Shown piece after piece: positions 12,459-27,034 of a stretch of DNA of 64,000 nucleotides (position 1 is its first letter; every line of letters starts with the position of its first letter). The position numbers were made by a program, and so were the translations under genes. A model generated the notes under the pieces. It had not been told where the DNA came from. It searched no databases and saw only the letters and a list, made by a program, of their open reading frames with translations. This DNA comes from Eledone cirrhosa (Eukaryota), in NCBI GenBank assembly GCA_964016885.1, contig OZ024743.1, forward strand, positions 190,340,001-190,404,000. Direction: 5' to 3'.

Positions 12459-13239
12459 TAAGGTTCGTTTTATCTAAATTGAGTAATAATCTGTATTTAA
12501 CTTGATTTATAGTATTGAATTCAGTAAAATTTGGTTGAATCGAAATATTAATATTCTCAAGTGTAAATATAACTAATTATTTATCATATATGTAATTGAC
12601 AAATATCGATTTAAATAGTATTGTTTATATAAAATGCTTATACAGATGCTAATATCTAAGAAAGTTAAGTTTAATAATATCATATTTACTAAATTTGTAA
12701 GCACCATTGTTAGTTAATATTATTTTGAACTTTGAATTTTATAACTTAATTATTGAATGTATTTACTAATTTAAATTTGCTCCAGTTTATCTTTGAAAAT
12801 ATGTTATATTATGTTATATTACTTTATATTGTTTTAATTTTGATATAATATAATAGTATAATTTCTTTAAAATATTATAGAGTATAAATTTCACGGTATT
12901 TAATTGATCGTTTCTACCTTTATTAGTATTTGAAAAAAAAACGGTCACGCATCATATACCTCTATTGTCCTTATGTAATTACTTTATACCATCTATGTCT
13001 CCCCTTCTTCGTTTTTATCTTCATCTCTCTATCTTATAAATACTAACAATAAAACTTTAACATACACCATATATAAAAACCCTTCGGTGGAGACCGAAGG
13101 GAAAACTTTTACACACTCCTCGGAGAATCCTAATCTTAAAATGATTAGGACTTTCATGGACACACATAAACTGTTAAAACAAAAATGTCCTAACGATGTA
13201 GGTAACCCCTGCGTCAAACCTTACAATCAAGTCCTGTTA

Positions 13240-16200
13240 AAATGTCCCCCCCCATCCCACCAGACACCCCCTCCCCACCAAACATCTCCGTTCCCACCCC
13301 GCCAGAGACCACGACCCCCACCAAACAACCCCTCCAACACCCCCATGGAAATTGTGCAGCCTGGTGCCCAGGAGACGAAGAGGTGAGTGATTTCTTTTCC
13401 TCTTCTTTTAAATTTTCAGCAATAACATGGCCAATATAAGAGTTGGATGTGTGAATGTACGCGGCCTGTGGATGCTCTGGAAACAGCGAATACACTTAAA
13501 CGACCTCAGGTCGCACAGTATGGATGTAGTAGCCATTTGCGAGTCCAGGATCCACAGCGAGCGACAACTGGCCCCATCTTCGACGACTTTGAGATCTACG
13601 CATCTCTGTGTCAGCCGGGAGGTGGGGGTGGGGTTGCCGTTTTGCTGTGGAAACACCTGCACCTCGTAACACAGACGGTACATCTGGACCCTGAGGGTCG
13701 ACTGGTGGTCCTAGACGTTGACGGTAGTGAGGGTGGAGCCTTCAGGCTGGTGGCCACATATGCCGGTCAACCGCGGCCAGACTTCTTCAAACGTCTAGAG
13801 ACTTTTCTGGGAACGTCGCGCTCCCTGCTTTTAGTGGGGGATTGGAATGGAATCATAGATACACGTTGGGACTATGTGGGAGCATGTCCCGATAGAGGAG
13901 GTGTAACAGTCTCAAACAGTTAATCGGCCGATTTGACCAGGCCGATAGATATCGACTAGATATCGACCAGATTTTCCGACTGTGCCACTGTGGACGTGGA
14001 CTAATAATAGCGGAACATCTAGATCGTACCTAGATAGGGTTCTAGTTAGAAAGAAGGATAGGGTCATGTTAACCTGTCCACAAATGTTTATGGTTGCCTA
14101 TTCAGATCACAAATTAGTGACCTGCTTAGTCAACCTTGACAAAACCCATAGACAGGGACCCGGCTACTGGAAGCTGAACTTGTTACCGACATGCAAAGCC
14201 TACAGTAGACGGATTAGCACTTTAGTTAAGCAGCACTTGACGGGGTCCATTGTCAACAATAGATGGTGGTACTCTCTCAAGAGGGCAGTTAGATTAGACT
14301 CGATAGGTTTTAGTAAAGAATTAGTGGTAGATAGAAATAAGACCGAAAAGGAACTGGTAGATAAAGTAGAAGAGGTACTTAGGAGTGGCAACGTAGCCAG
14401 CGTGCTAGCGACGAGAACGGCCTTGGACCAGTTCTTCGACGCAAAGCATGAAGACTGCGTTGTCAGAAGTAAAATACGTGCTCTGGAAAACGAGGGAGCC
14501 AAACTGTTAGCTGGCCCGAGTTACGGAGGCAAAGCAGATCTGCGCGCCCTTTCAGCGGCACTTTGCTCAACTATTCGGGTAAGCCGGCGCGCCGGGAGGG
14601 GCTATGGATTACGGTCCATACCTCGACGGCCTACCGCGACTCTCGGAGAGCGAGGCGAAGGTCTGCGAAAGGCCGATTTCGGCCGCTGAGATAGGGGACG
14701 CGCTGAGCCAATGCGACAAACGCAAATCTCCAGGTCTCGACGGTCTACCATACGAATTTTACGTAGCAATGCCGGACTTGTTCTCCGGTCTCCTGGAAGC
14801 GGTCTACTGCAACTGGCAGCAGAAGGGGAGAATTCCCAGTTCTGTGACCAAGGGCGTAATCACGTTAGTCAGGAAGGACGAGAATAAGGGGGATGACATA
14901 TGCAACTTCTGCTAAACATAGAGTTACAGATTTTGGCCAAGGTGTTGGCAAAGAGGCTGGCGCTTGTCGTCGAAAACCTGGTGGGAGAAGCTCAGACATG
15001 CGCAATCCCGACCAGGTCCATACACGACAACCTACACCTCCTGCGATACATCATGGAGAGGGTAGGGTGTAAACACAGCTTCGGTGGGGCCCTGATCAAC
15101 TTGGATCAGTCTAAGGCTTTCGATAGGGTTGATCATCGTTACCTGGATGCGGTGATCGAGGCGGCAGTCTTCGGTCCCGTGTTCAGGGGCTGGATTGCTG
15201 CAATGCACAACAGCAACATCTGCTCAAGGGTCAAGGTGAACGGCTACCTCCCGGAGCCTTTCCATATCACACGATCCATCCGACAGGGATGCCCTCTCTC
15301 CTCCCTTCTGTACGTACTGACTCTCGAGCTACTACTGCGGAAGTTTGAGCTATTGCAGAGCATCCCTTTGGAACCGGGACTGTGAAAAGCGGCGTCGGCC
15401 TACACCGACGACGTGACAGTAATGGTGTCGAGCAACTCGCAAATCGGGGAGGTCAGCACCTTACTGGAGGAATACGAAAGGTTCACAGGAGCGAAGCTGA
15501 ACCGGGAAAATCCGTCGGTTTGCAACTCGGAACGTGGAGAGGCAAACCGATGCCTTCCGATGGCGTCGTCGGACGCTGGACGGTAGGACCGGTAAAGCTG
15601 CTCTGGGTCTGGTTTGATCCGGACCTCCAGGTGGAGAAGATCTGGAACGAAGTTACGGCCAAGGTGTTTGCGCTCACCCAGAAGTGGGCCGAGTGCAAAC
15701 TACCCTTGAAAAGTCGAGCGGAGGTGGCGAACACTTTTATAGCGTCCGTCATCTATTACCGCTTGCCCGTCGTGCCTAGTCCAGCCAAAACGCTCACCAA
15801 AATGGAGCGTTCGCTCTTCCAATTCCTTTGGAAGAAACGGGCTCCTTTGGTGAGAAGATCCATCTGCTGCCAACATCCTTCAAACCGAGGGCTGGGTATG
15901 CCGTGGCTGGCGATGCGCAAACACGCGCTCAGGCTGCGGCACCACCACGTATTCCTCACCGGACAACCGGTGTTGGCCCCGTTCGTGAGGAGAGCCTTCC
16001 CACGACTCGTCTCGCTGACCGAGCTGCAGTCCTGGATCAAGCAAAGACCGAGAAAATGGGCGACTGGCACATCGAATGTGCTCAGGCGCTGACAGTCCTC
16101 TGGCAAACGGACCCGGCAATCAGTGGAGACTCCACTTCGACATTCTATAGAGGGTTGGTCCGCAGCTAGTGCGACGACGCGTTCGGAGAAACTCTAGGTG

Positions 16201-17017
16201 TAGAGGAGGACGAACTGGCCAGTCTATTCGGTGTGACCTTCCGCCCGGGACCAATGGACAACTTCCAAAAGTCCCTGGCCTGGCAGTACTACCAAGGAGC
16301 TCTACCAGTTCGAGACAACCTATACAGACAGAGGCGCCCGGGCAGGGACCCTTCGAAAAAGATTAGTCCGAGATGCGTGCGCGACGAGGAAACCGTCGCA
16401 CACGCATTTGTACACTTCCCGGGCGTTACCGACCTGTGGGCTATGTACAACGACTATTGTCGCGGGTGGGACCAATCCAGTTGACCACCGAGTCTATTGT
16501 CATGATCAAACCGCCACCCTCCTTCAAAAACGAGGGAGAGGCGGTTTTCCTATATGTTATGGCTATGGTGAAAGAGGTTATATGGTGGACGATGTTAAAA
16601 GGTCTGAGGTCAGACACCTTTCTCTCCGGCGAGCAACTGATTCAGTTTTTACAAATATCATTTTGGAAGAAGAATCAGGATGGAGAGAGAGGTGCTGTAC
16701 CCCAGCAAATGTTATAAATGGTGGGTGAATGTGGCAAAGATGGCCAGAGTGGTTGGGCCTTCTCTCTATATAAGCCTGTAGGTTGAGGAAAAAGAGGAAG
16801 AGAGGAAGGGAGTACTCACTGTTGGTGCTCCTGGAGTTGAGGGTTGTACATTTTTTCGGGGTGTGTACAACCCTTGTGTGACGCCTACTCCTATTGGGGA
16901 TTTCAATTGTTATTTGTTATTTTATTAATAGTTTTATTTTCATATACCTGTATGTAAACTCCCCATTTGTATTTGTCCCCTTCTTCTGTGCCCCTGTGGC
17001 TAATAAAGAAATTTATC
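13240..17017 (+). mobile_element. Tx1/L1-clade LINE, ORF2 (APE-RT-Cys domain) broken by frameshifts; 5' boundary uncertain
   Basis: MANIRVGCVNVRGL (13427), GDWN, SYLDRVL, SDH, GPGYWKLN, KSPGLDGLPYEFY, LDQSKAFDRV, RQGCPLS, AYTDDV, C-terminal PRC..EETVAHAF; 3' aataaag end. Confidence 0.9.
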
Positions 17018-17360
17018 TTTTCCTTTTCTCCTCTATTTAACTCTCTCTCTCTCTCTCATTTGTTTTTTCTCTAATACGGATATTTACATATTTAATTATT
17101 TAAATATTTAACAGTTATGTACTGATGTGTTTATGTATTTTACTTATCTATATATGTATTTATTTTATTTTTTCTACACATTTTCCTACGTACCCTCTCA
17201 ATTATATGTAGTTTGTCATGTTACTACTTATGGTATATAAATATTGAGTTTTGTAATAACTAATCACTGGCAAGCCTAGAATTGAACCATCAGCACAGTT
17301 GAGGTTGAGGTATGTCAGACAGTTGAGGTATGTCAGACATCAATTTATGTCAGACATCAA

Positions 17361-17426
17361 TTTATTTATCTGATGAGGACGTACTGAGGAAACAGCACAG
17401 TACCTCTGAAATATATATAATAAAAT
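17361..17426 (+). ncRNA. Type I hammerhead ribozyme
   Basis: UUUAU-CUGAUGA-GGAC-GUACUG..CAGUAC-CUCU-GAAA-UAUAU-AUA/AUAAA. Confidence 0.7.
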
Positions 17427-17713
17427 ATATTTGATCACATTAATGTCTATATTTATTAATATTTTGAATATATATATATATATATATATAAACAATTAAG
17501 TTAAAGTGTACATCTACATATGTATACGGAAGTATTAGTATGCATATAAATACACATATGTATACATATGTACATGTACCGAGCTTTTCACTAGACACTT
17601 TGCAGTGAGTGTCCAGCTAGTCTGTATGTAAACACACAGACGAACCGGGTTTTAAAGTCATACGGGTTTTCAAGGAAACACACTTCCTCTATTCTCCAGA
17701 GAGCCAGACAGGA

Positions 17714-17756
17714 ATATTGGACTAGTTTCGATGTTATTACATCTCATCAGCAATAT
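17714..17756 (-). ncRNA. Minimal type I hammerhead ribozyme (canonical)
   Basis: AUAUUG-CUGAUGA-GAUGU(AAUA)ACAUC-GAAA-CUA-GUC/CAAUAU. Confidence 0.95.
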
Positions 17757-18183
17757 ATACCTATCTTCTGGCTTCTCCGGAGAATTGTAAAAGCACATAT
17801 CGTTATATGCTTTTTCTATGAAAATCAGTAGTGGGCAGACTAATTTGCATAGAACGTGAGTCATTGTACGCGCCGGTTCAGCGGAAACGATAAAAACAAA
17901 TAACGAAACGAAATTAAATTTCGTTTCGCTTCTAACTCACTTTTGTATGACTGACGCTTAAACAATTAAGTTAAAGTGTACATCTACATATGTATACGGA
18001 AGTATTAGTATGCATATACATACACATATGTATACATATGTACATGTACCGAACTTTTCACTAGACACTTTGCAGTGAGTGTCCAGCTAGTCTGTATGTA
18101 AACACACAGACGAACCGGGTTTTAAAGTCATACGGGTTTTCAAGGAAACACACTTCCTCTATTCACCAGAGAGCCAGACAGGA

Positions 18184-18226
18184 ATATTGGACTAGTTTCG
18201 ATGTTATTACATCTCATCAGCAATAT
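18184..18226 (-). ncRNA. Minimal type I hammerhead ribozyme (second tandem copy)
   Basis: Identical to 17714-17756. Confidence 0.95.
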
Positions 18227-18496
18227 ATACCTATCTTCTGGCTTCTCCGGTTGAAAACCCGTATGACTTTAAAACCCGGTTCGTCTGTGTGTTTACATAC
18301 AGACTAGCTGGACACTCACTGCAAAGTGTCTAGTGAAAAGCTCGGTACATGTACATATGTATACATATGTGTATTTATATGCATACTAATACTTCCGTAT
18401 ACATATGTAGATGTACACTTTAACTTAATTGTTTAAGCGTCCGTCATACAACAGTGAGTTAGAAGCGAAACGAAATTTAATTTCGTTTCGTTATTT

Positions 18497-18547
<51 letters not shown>

Positions 18548-18887
18548 GACACGGCAGAGACTGGTTTATTCATAACAGACTTTCTCATTACTATACCATA
18601 TAGTCTATTAAATTATGCATACATATTATCACTAGCTTGGAAATAAAAACTAATCTCTGCCATGGATATACTGATGGAACAGATGGCGCCATAGCTTTAA
18701 TATTCAAGATTGATAGTTTTAAGTTTGAACTTATTGTAGAACTTGTCGGTCATTCTAATCGAAATATTACTACAGCTTGTAATGAAGATTACTCAATGCT
18801 GTGAAGAAAAGAATATATGCTTTGGAAGTTGTTGTCATTTAAACTACATTATCATACAGATTTTAATGCCGTATTGATTACCAGAAT

Positions 18888-18918
<31 letters not shown>

Positions 18919-18956
18919 CACCCACACACACACACACATACGCACACCGCACACAC

Positions 18957-19025
<69 letters not shown>

Positions 19026-19029
19026 ATAT

Positions 19030-19150
19030 AATTGTTTCTACTTTTGGCACAAGGCCAGCAATTACCCAGTACATTACTGGTACTTTATTTTATCGACCCC
19101 GTAAAGATGAAAGGCAAAGTTAACCTCGGCGGGATTTGAACTCAGACCGT
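19030..19150 (-). mobile_element. tRNA-derived SINE, partial
   Basis: Tail, core and B box of the 3907 family. Confidence 0.8.
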
Positions 19151-19574
19151 AAAAGGATATATATAATATAATAATACTAAAACGAATCTGTTCAAAAATG
19201 ACCGATACACCTTCGGTCGTTTCCCCACGCACTCAATGATTTAATTAAGTCAGTATCATTAAGACACCAACTCAAGGAAATTAGAGTGGACACTTATAAG
19301 TTATATAAAGAAAAATTACCATGTGCGGGTAGAACATTTGATTTTTTGCTTCCGGACCAATGCATTAGTTTCTGCGACAGTTCAAATGGAACTACCGTAC
19401 ACAGAAATTAGGCAATCCAATCAAGCGTTATGTTATTGTCAGTTCGGAAGAAACTTAGCAGGTATGAAAATACCGTCAGCCGGGTTGTCCGAGATGCGTG
19501 CAGGGCAACTAAACCATCCTGCACGCAATCGTCGATTATCAGAGCGTTAGTGTGTTGTGGATATAAGTAAAACA

Positions 19575-19920
19575 CCTGTTTTCACGTGTCGAAGAGATCC
19601 GTCTAATTTGCCCCACCGCCTTCCTTTAGCCGAGAATGGCAGATAGTGTTTATCTGCTTGATGGCCATGGCGAAGGAGATCATATGGTGGGCATAGGTGA
19701 GAGAGACGAGCATGCCCGAATGAATCCCCTGCTCACTCTTTGCGCCTATAGATCGAAAGAGGGAAACTAGATTTGGGCACGTTCCCTAGCGGTCAGGATG
19801 ACCGTAGAATATTATGGGATTTCTCCAGGTGCGAGCCTTGGAAGTAACCCTATTGGGGTATTTATTTTGTTTCAATTCTTACGTGTTTTCCTTTTTTGTT
19901 AAACTCTTTTTACACTCCCA
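19575..19920 (+). pseudogene. Tx1/L1 3'-end remnant
   Basis: 19612-19693 translates PPPSFSREWQIVFICLMAMAKEIIWW, homologous to PPPSFKNEGEAVFLYVMAMVKEVIWW at about 16511. Confidence 0.7.
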
Positions 19921-19994
19921 AAGCAACACTGTAGCCGTCCTTATATTTTCTTAACGTGAGACATGCTTAGATAAAATAGAAATCAATATCTAAT

Positions 19995-20195
19995 GTCGGT
20001 AGAGCATCGGAAACATGCTTTTCGGTATAGAGTTACGGCATTTTACATTCACAGTTCAAGTCCCACCAATGTTAGCTTTGTCCTTCAGCCTTACAGAGCG
20101 TTAACATAAAGTACCAGAAACGCCCTGGGATCCATTTAATTGACTTTTCCCCACCAAAGATTGTTGGACTTGGGCCTATATCAGAAACTATTATC
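19995..20195 (+). mobile_element. Diverged SINE
   Basis: tcggtagagcatcgg, agttcaagtccc, ccttcagccttac, aagtaccag, agaaactatta. Confidence 0.6.
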
Positions 20196-20579
20196 ACAAT
20201 CCGAAATATATTTATTCGTTTTCCTGAGTCGAAATCGCATTAAGCAAATACTGCACATATGATAAATATTGTAATTTAAATGTTACGACAGTAGCTTAAA
20301 AAATGTGAGGATCATCAATGAATATAATTGACGTCAAATCCACATAATCTGCGTTGGAAACCGGAAACCAATTTGTGAGAGTTATCTAAATAATATAATC
20401 AACAGAATTAAAAGTTGTCAAACTAAAGATTTCCGAAATTGGACAATTTCTGAAAAGCCAAATCATTGCTGGTTTTTAATTAATTGACAGACACATATCA
20501 CCAAAAATGCCTCATCCGATTCTCTAAAAAATAAAAAGTTGATTATAATTATTTGTCACATGGCTTTTTTAATATTAAT

Positions 20580-20700
20580 TTCTAATTTTGGCAAAGGGCA
20601 CCAATTTTGAGGGAGGCGAAAGAAGATTATATCGACCCCTTGTACTTGATTGGTACTTTATTTCATCAACCTCGTAGAAAGCTGAAAGACAAATTTGAAG
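20580..20700 (-). mobile_element. Diverged SINE fragment
   Basis: tggtacttttatttcatcaacc..gaaag core. Confidence 0.5.
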
Positions 20701-21506
20701 TTAGAAGGTAACAATGTCTTGGACATTTTTTACACAACTGATTTATTCAAAAAGAGGAGAGAAAGAATTAGAAAGAGAGATAGGATAATGAAAAAGATAT
20801 ATAGAGGAAGAATCGATCCCAATATTTGACTCATATGTTCTGTTCAATTAGTAAGGCCGAAAGATAGAAATTACTTATTAAACTTTGCATAAAACAAATC
20901 ATCTCATATATGTTTGATGAAATTATTTTTTAAAACGTTGAGGCAATTTCTCTTTCCAATACAATTTTGTCAAGTAATATTAACCATATTAACATAACTT
21001 ATTTCTTGGTTACATGGTTATATTCATGTAACAGGTTATACATCGTTGCTAAGCTTATTATTTTTTTACTTGAGTTTATTATTTTTCAATGGAATATAAA
21101 GTAATTTCTTCATTACATCGTCCATTGCTGTTAATTTTATAGAAGTGCCTGAGGGCATGTTCTCCATGTACGGTATTTATACAAATGGAGTCCCGCATTT
21201 TAAATATCCCACTCGGGATATTTAGATGAAGATATGAAATTCATTAGATCCTTTGGACTCACTACTGTATGTGATACGATATAGAAACCCATTGGTTACA
21301 TATTTCATTAAGTTTTTCTTATGGTATATGCATTTTATGATAAGCTACACAACTAGGTCCGAAACTGTGCAAATTTATATGTATACTTACGCAGTCTCAG
21401 TTAACTTTATTTTGTATATATACTAATAGAAATTTATCGAACACTACAAGTGCTTATCACGAAACCTAATATATATATGTATATACTTGTGTGTGTGTTT
21501 GTGTGT

Positions 21507-21597
<91 letters not shown>

Positions 21598-23009
21598 TGA
21601 TAGAAAATGTTGCTAGGTTACATCTATTATATTCTAAATGAGGTTGAAAAGTCCCTTATATGCATTTTAGACAGCATATTTTTATCAATTTTATTTGAAT
21701 GCCATTCATCTTTTTCTGCCTTAAGAAGAAGCATTTCGCCATGCATGCTTCCGTTACTGTAAATATGTATTTCTATTCGGATTAACGATATAAACTGGCT
21801 TATATTATTTCGTTTGTAATGATAAGTTCATTGCCTCCAGGCACAACAGAATTGGAGGATAACTCAAACTTGATAGAAAATGAAAAAATAATTATATTTG
21901 GGTTAATGCTGGTTGTTTGTTAACAATTTTCTTTCTTTGAAGTGTAATCATTAGAATTACATTACAAAAATAAATCGTATATGAATAGAATTTATTTTTC
22001 ATCTTCTACGAAGCGTTTATTTATTTCAGAATGTCTCATTACCTACTTTGATTTCCGTTTTAAAGGCACAGAAAATTTCTTTCAAGACAGCGCTCACATT
22101 TTCCCTAATTCATAATTTCAATTTGATAATTATTTCACAGCCGAGTAATCATATTTTTTCGATTTACTTCTTCGCCATATCTCGTCTCTTTCTTCGGCTT
22201 CTTGTTATTATTATTGACAACAATAGATGTTATTTACTAATTAAGATAACTTTTTGAACTTAATGAAAGACCTCTCGCATTTATGCCTATTCCAGTCGTA
22301 TCATCATATCTAAAGGTTTCTGTTAATGAATGTTAACAATTCAGCGTATGTTTGATGACTAAATGTTTAGTACCTTTTTCTTTCTTTTACATAACAGAAT
22401 AAAGTTCCATTCTTATTAAATAATCAATAAAATATATATTATTTTGATTGGAAATTCTTGTGTATTTTTTTTTTCTTTGTATTTCTATTTTAACTAACAT
22501 CTATGCAAAAATGAAACCATTTAAAATATCATAAAGCTAAATTGACAAGGAATATACCACAAAATTACTTAATTCTATGCATAATAATATATATTTCTTC
22601 TTGGTGTTAAATAATCCTTGCGTTAATATCCTTAGAGAAACAACCAAATATTTCAATTGTAATACAGTTGGAGTGATCAGTTAGAATTTCCACTATATCG
22701 AGGATATTTATCATCTTTCATTAAGTGTTAGATCAGTAATAAATGTGTTAATATTACAAAATTATAATTCATTGTTCTTTACCTTGAGGAACAGCAATAT
22801 CCTTCAACAAATTCTCAACTCCATACATCGATGACGGAGAACAGGTGTATCAACCTTCTTATACTTACTGCTAGGAATGTATTGCTTTTGTACCAGACCA
22901 AGATAAACTCGGGCTGATAAAAGCTAAGGCAATAAAGCAACGGAGCGATCAACTAGATATGTTTGTTTGAACATCGGACAAATAATTATATGTTTTCTCC
23001 TACCAGAGC

Positions 23010-23310
23010 CGATAAAACTAGTATCAGTCAAGTACTAAGGTCGATATAAACAACTTTACTTTCCCCTAAGTTACTGGTCTCGTACCTAAATGAGAAACTA
23101 TTATTATGGTCAAGTAGCATTGAGAAAATGCTTGGCGGAATTTGTTTCTAATCTTTACATTTGGAATTTCAAAACGCCAAGTTCAAATTTGCCTTTCATC
23201 CTTATGAGGTCTACAAATATAGTACTAGTTCATCATTAGGATCGATTTCATTGACTTTCTTTTCCTCCACATCTGCTGGCCTTTTGGCAAAATCTGAGAC
23301 TATTATTTTA
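23010..23310 (+). mobile_element. Two adjacent diverged SINE pieces
   Basis: gcctttcatccttatgaggtc core and two gagaaactattatt-like tails. Confidence 0.55.
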
Positions 23311-24740
23311 AATGTAGAGTATAATCGAGTATGATCTGGGGAGATCACTGGGCGTGGATGGGGACGGTTTACGTAAACTATTTCGGAAGACGTTTATGTT
23401 AGTTAAATAGTTGTAGTATAGTTTTATTGTTGCTTTTTAACCATTTGTTCTTATACTCATCCTCCCCGTATATTACACGATTGTTTTGTTCCTCCAAAAG
23501 CGTAAGTTGCAACTTTTAAAATTTTACGTAGTGGATTTGGAAAAATTAAAAAATCATATTTTCAATGAATGATCTAGCTAAGTCAGTTTTTATTTAATTT
23601 AATACTATTTTGAATTAGGACAAGTTGATAAGTTATCGCGGAGGAATTGTTATTATGTAGTTATAATTGTAAAACATCATGGTTAATGTATTTTGACATG
23701 TATATTTTGTCGCTATCAAGTTTACAAAATGTGGGAGAATGTTTCATTTGAACTATAAAATCAAAATCGAATTTTGTCTGATATTCGCCTCGTCTTAATT
23801 ACGTTTATAGATTTTAAATCTATTGATTAAAACTAATGCATATTTTTATCGTTCTATCAAATAAAACCATTGGAGGGATACTAATGGTATTTGTAGGATA
23901 TCACTAAGCATCTGATGCATTTTCATAAAATTCTATTAGTAGAGAAGTGTTGATTTGGTTTTAGCTTAATGGAGAAGTATCACGGAAAAACCAATTTTAA
24001 TTTCCCTTCATTAATAGGAATCATTAAAATTGAAAACAATAATAGTTAAAGGGATTACTATGTGGAAACATTTTAGCTTCTAACACCAGAAATGTCTCGT
24101 TGAGAAATTCTATTGCCGATCATTTATTGTCTGTTATAGATTTTTAAACCTCATTTATAGTTTTCTGTGATAATAAAGGGTTCACTGTAACAAAACTAAT
24201 CGTTTGAAGAAAGGTAATTATTACGATGATTATAGTGATAACGAATTACAGCCATACAACTAGTGCAGAGATTCCATTAGATTATTCCTTAAAAGCACCT
24301 GGCTATTTTATATAATATTTATTCTCTATTTATGTTTGTTTATTTATTTAACAACTTTGATTGTAATTACATTTTGAAAAGAACATTTTAAGCATTTAAG
24401 AACAGATAATGTTACATTCAGTTCATATTTATTTCTAACGATGTCAAACATTTCGTTGCACATTTGCATCCAGGGCAATGATAACATTCTCTCGCAGATC
24501 TTTATGTGAAATGCAGATGCTGCAGAAATTTACTTCGTTTACAGAACATGCAAAAGTGCCTCTCAGTCACCTAACTGAAGCATTTGAAATTTTGGCGTTG
24601 TACCTATTTGACAGCAAATTGGAAGATTTATTAAAACATCAGACATTATGCCTTGCGGTATTTCTCCAGCTCAATACGGCTGATTAACTCTCCTGTCATG
24701 ATCACACTTGCCTTTAATTATTATGGTGTCTAAAAGTAAA

Positions 24741-24928
24741 TAATTGTTTCTACTTTTGGCACAAGACCAGCAAATATCCCAGTGTATTACTGGTACTTTA
24801 TTTTATCGACCCTGTAAGGATGAAAGGCAAAGTTAACCTCGGCGGGATTTGAACTCAGACCATAAAGGGCCTTAACTCTTTGCTGCAAAGCATGGTGTCC
24901 GACCCTCTACCGATACTACCAATCCACC
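24741..24928 (-). mobile_element. tRNA-derived SINE
   Basis: Full reverse-complement copy of the 3907 family. Confidence 0.85.
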
Positions 24929-25084
24929 GAAAAGTAAATAATATTCATGTGCTGGTTTCGATCCCTATCACTCGACTCTGCCTCACTACCTATTCTATCT
25001 CCCCCATACCCTCTCTCTTTCTCCCTCTTTCAAGAAATTGGCGATATTGCACTGTGGGAAGGTGTGTTGTTAAATATTTGTTCT

Positions 25085-26074
25085 TGGCCCCCTTTTGTTC
25101 CTTTTGTTTGTGGCATATATTAATGACATAGATGCCAACTTAAAGAATGTCACAGTACTGAAATATGCAGATGACATCAAGCTGTACCTTGAGATAAAAA
25201 GGACAGATTCTGTAAACTATAGATCTTGCCTGCACTCTGACCTGGACACAAGTGTACGACCATGCATTTTGGGAGTAAAACCCAGCCTCCACATACTCCC
25301 TCCACAGCACTAATATCAAGAAGTCTTCTTGTGAACGTGACCTGGGCATTACTGTCAACAGCGATTTGCGTTGGACGAAGCACGTCTCTAAAATTGTCAA
25401 GAAGGCCGAGGGTGTCTTAGCATCACTCACCAAGACCTTTGTCAGCCGCTCTCCAGCTATCTATTTAAAGCTGTATATAGCTATGGTGCGGCCACACTTA
25501 GAATTTGCATCACCAGTCTGGAACCCCTATCTTGCTCAGAACATTGACCGCCTGGAAACTGTTCAGAGACGTGCAACCAAGCGAATACCCTCCATCAGGC
25601 ATCTACCATACTCTGAACGCCTTACTTCCCTGGGCATGGATACATTGAAGCTCTGACGTCTGGCAACTGACTTGGTAAACACCCACAAAATTATTAACCA
25701 TCTTGCCAACAACAACCCTGAGTACATTTTTGATTTCCATGTGTCTAACACACGTGGGCATGCCAACAAAGTTAGAAAACAGCACAGCTCCCATGACCTT
25801 CGGAAACATTTTTTCACGCTCAGAATTGCTGAATCATGGGACAAACTCCCGGCATCAGCTGTTAACTGTCGAGACACTGCATCCTTTAAAACCTCCATGC
25901 TTCCTGAAATTCGCCAACACTACACCTAATACACCCCTCCATACACACGCACACATTTATATCATGACTCATACACTATTCACTTCCCTGACATTTGTAC
26001 ATTATTCTATGTACTATACATGATGAGTTGTAGTGCACTTGAGCACTGTACACAATAATTTCATTATTATTATT
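25085..26074 (+). mobile_element. CR1-group LINE 3' fragment
   Basis: LFVAYIND..KYADDIKLY, ERDLGITV, VRPHLEFASPVWNPY, ETVQRRATK, NTRGH, FFTLR..SWDKLP; 3' stem-loop and (att)n tail. Confidence 0.9.
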
Positions 26075-27034
26075 TGCGATGTCCTACCCTGCAGAAAATC
26101 ATAATGGAGAGGATAGCAACTTCTAAAATAAAAGCTGATATTTTACTGTAATTTTCAAATGACAGCTCAAAGGTCATTAAGCGTGGGATTAAAAGGAAAA
26201 TAATCAACACTATTTAGACAGTGGTTTCATCTGTAGCTGAAGACTGAAGGAATTACAACGTGGAAGATACAGTACAACTCAGACATTTCGAAAATGTCAA
26301 CCATATTAATAAGGAACGCTGTTTCAAGTTATGTAAAATAATATACAAATGCATGTAGAAAATTCTCTGGTTGGAGTATTTCTCATTATTTAACAAACCG
26401 CCGAACTTCTGTCAAACATTATGGTATTATTCTAAGCACATATTTCTTTTTGCATGATCAGTTTGGGAATAAACCCTTGAAATTTCTTTGACAAGCTCTT
26501 TGTGTTTGCCATTGAATTTTCCTGGAAGGAACAAAGATGAATTCCCGTTGATCTCCGTTGGGTACGTTTTGCAAAATATTTCTTGTGGACTAAATACAGA
26601 AAATGTTGCTCTATCTGTCACAATTCACGACGTAAAACTTAGAAATAATACCACTCAGAAGTCTGTCCAAATCGCTAACGATTCTAGAAATCGAAAGCCA
26701 TTTATAAATAGATTTATGTGCATTAGGGGTAATGGGAAGTGGACAATAAGGAAAAAATAAAATTACAAGAGAAATACGTCTCTCTGTGTTATTTATACCT
26801 CCCTCTTTTATTGTCTCTTCATGTATTAGCAAGTGCAAAGTGCGCTATCACCCAAAAAACATGACAATTGGATATACGGTGGGGAGTTTAACTACAAACC
26901 GTTACAAATCAACAATGAAACCACGTTACAAATATTTAACGACCATAAACATCTACCGAAATAGTTTACGTACACTGTCCTTGTCAACGCCCTGTCATCG
27001 CCCCAGTTAATATTTGATTGTACTCTACACTTAC

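Larger units (their letters stand above)
17491..18500 (-). mobile_element. Retrozyme-like non-coding element: 470-bp unit, ~1.6 tandem copies, plus inverted partial copy
   Basis: aacaattaag at 17491 and 17961. 18251-18500 is the reverse complement of about 17893-18143. (TA)n on both flanks. Confidence 0.9.

Noticed and set aside
13081-13115. Hairpin ccttcggt/accgaagg followed by GAAA
   Set aside because: No CUGANGA upstream and no stem I.
24478-26838. Short non-repetitive ORFs (24478-24687, 26427-26838) as host exons
   Set aside because: No recognisable domain or convincing splice signals; cannot be excluded without RNA-seq.
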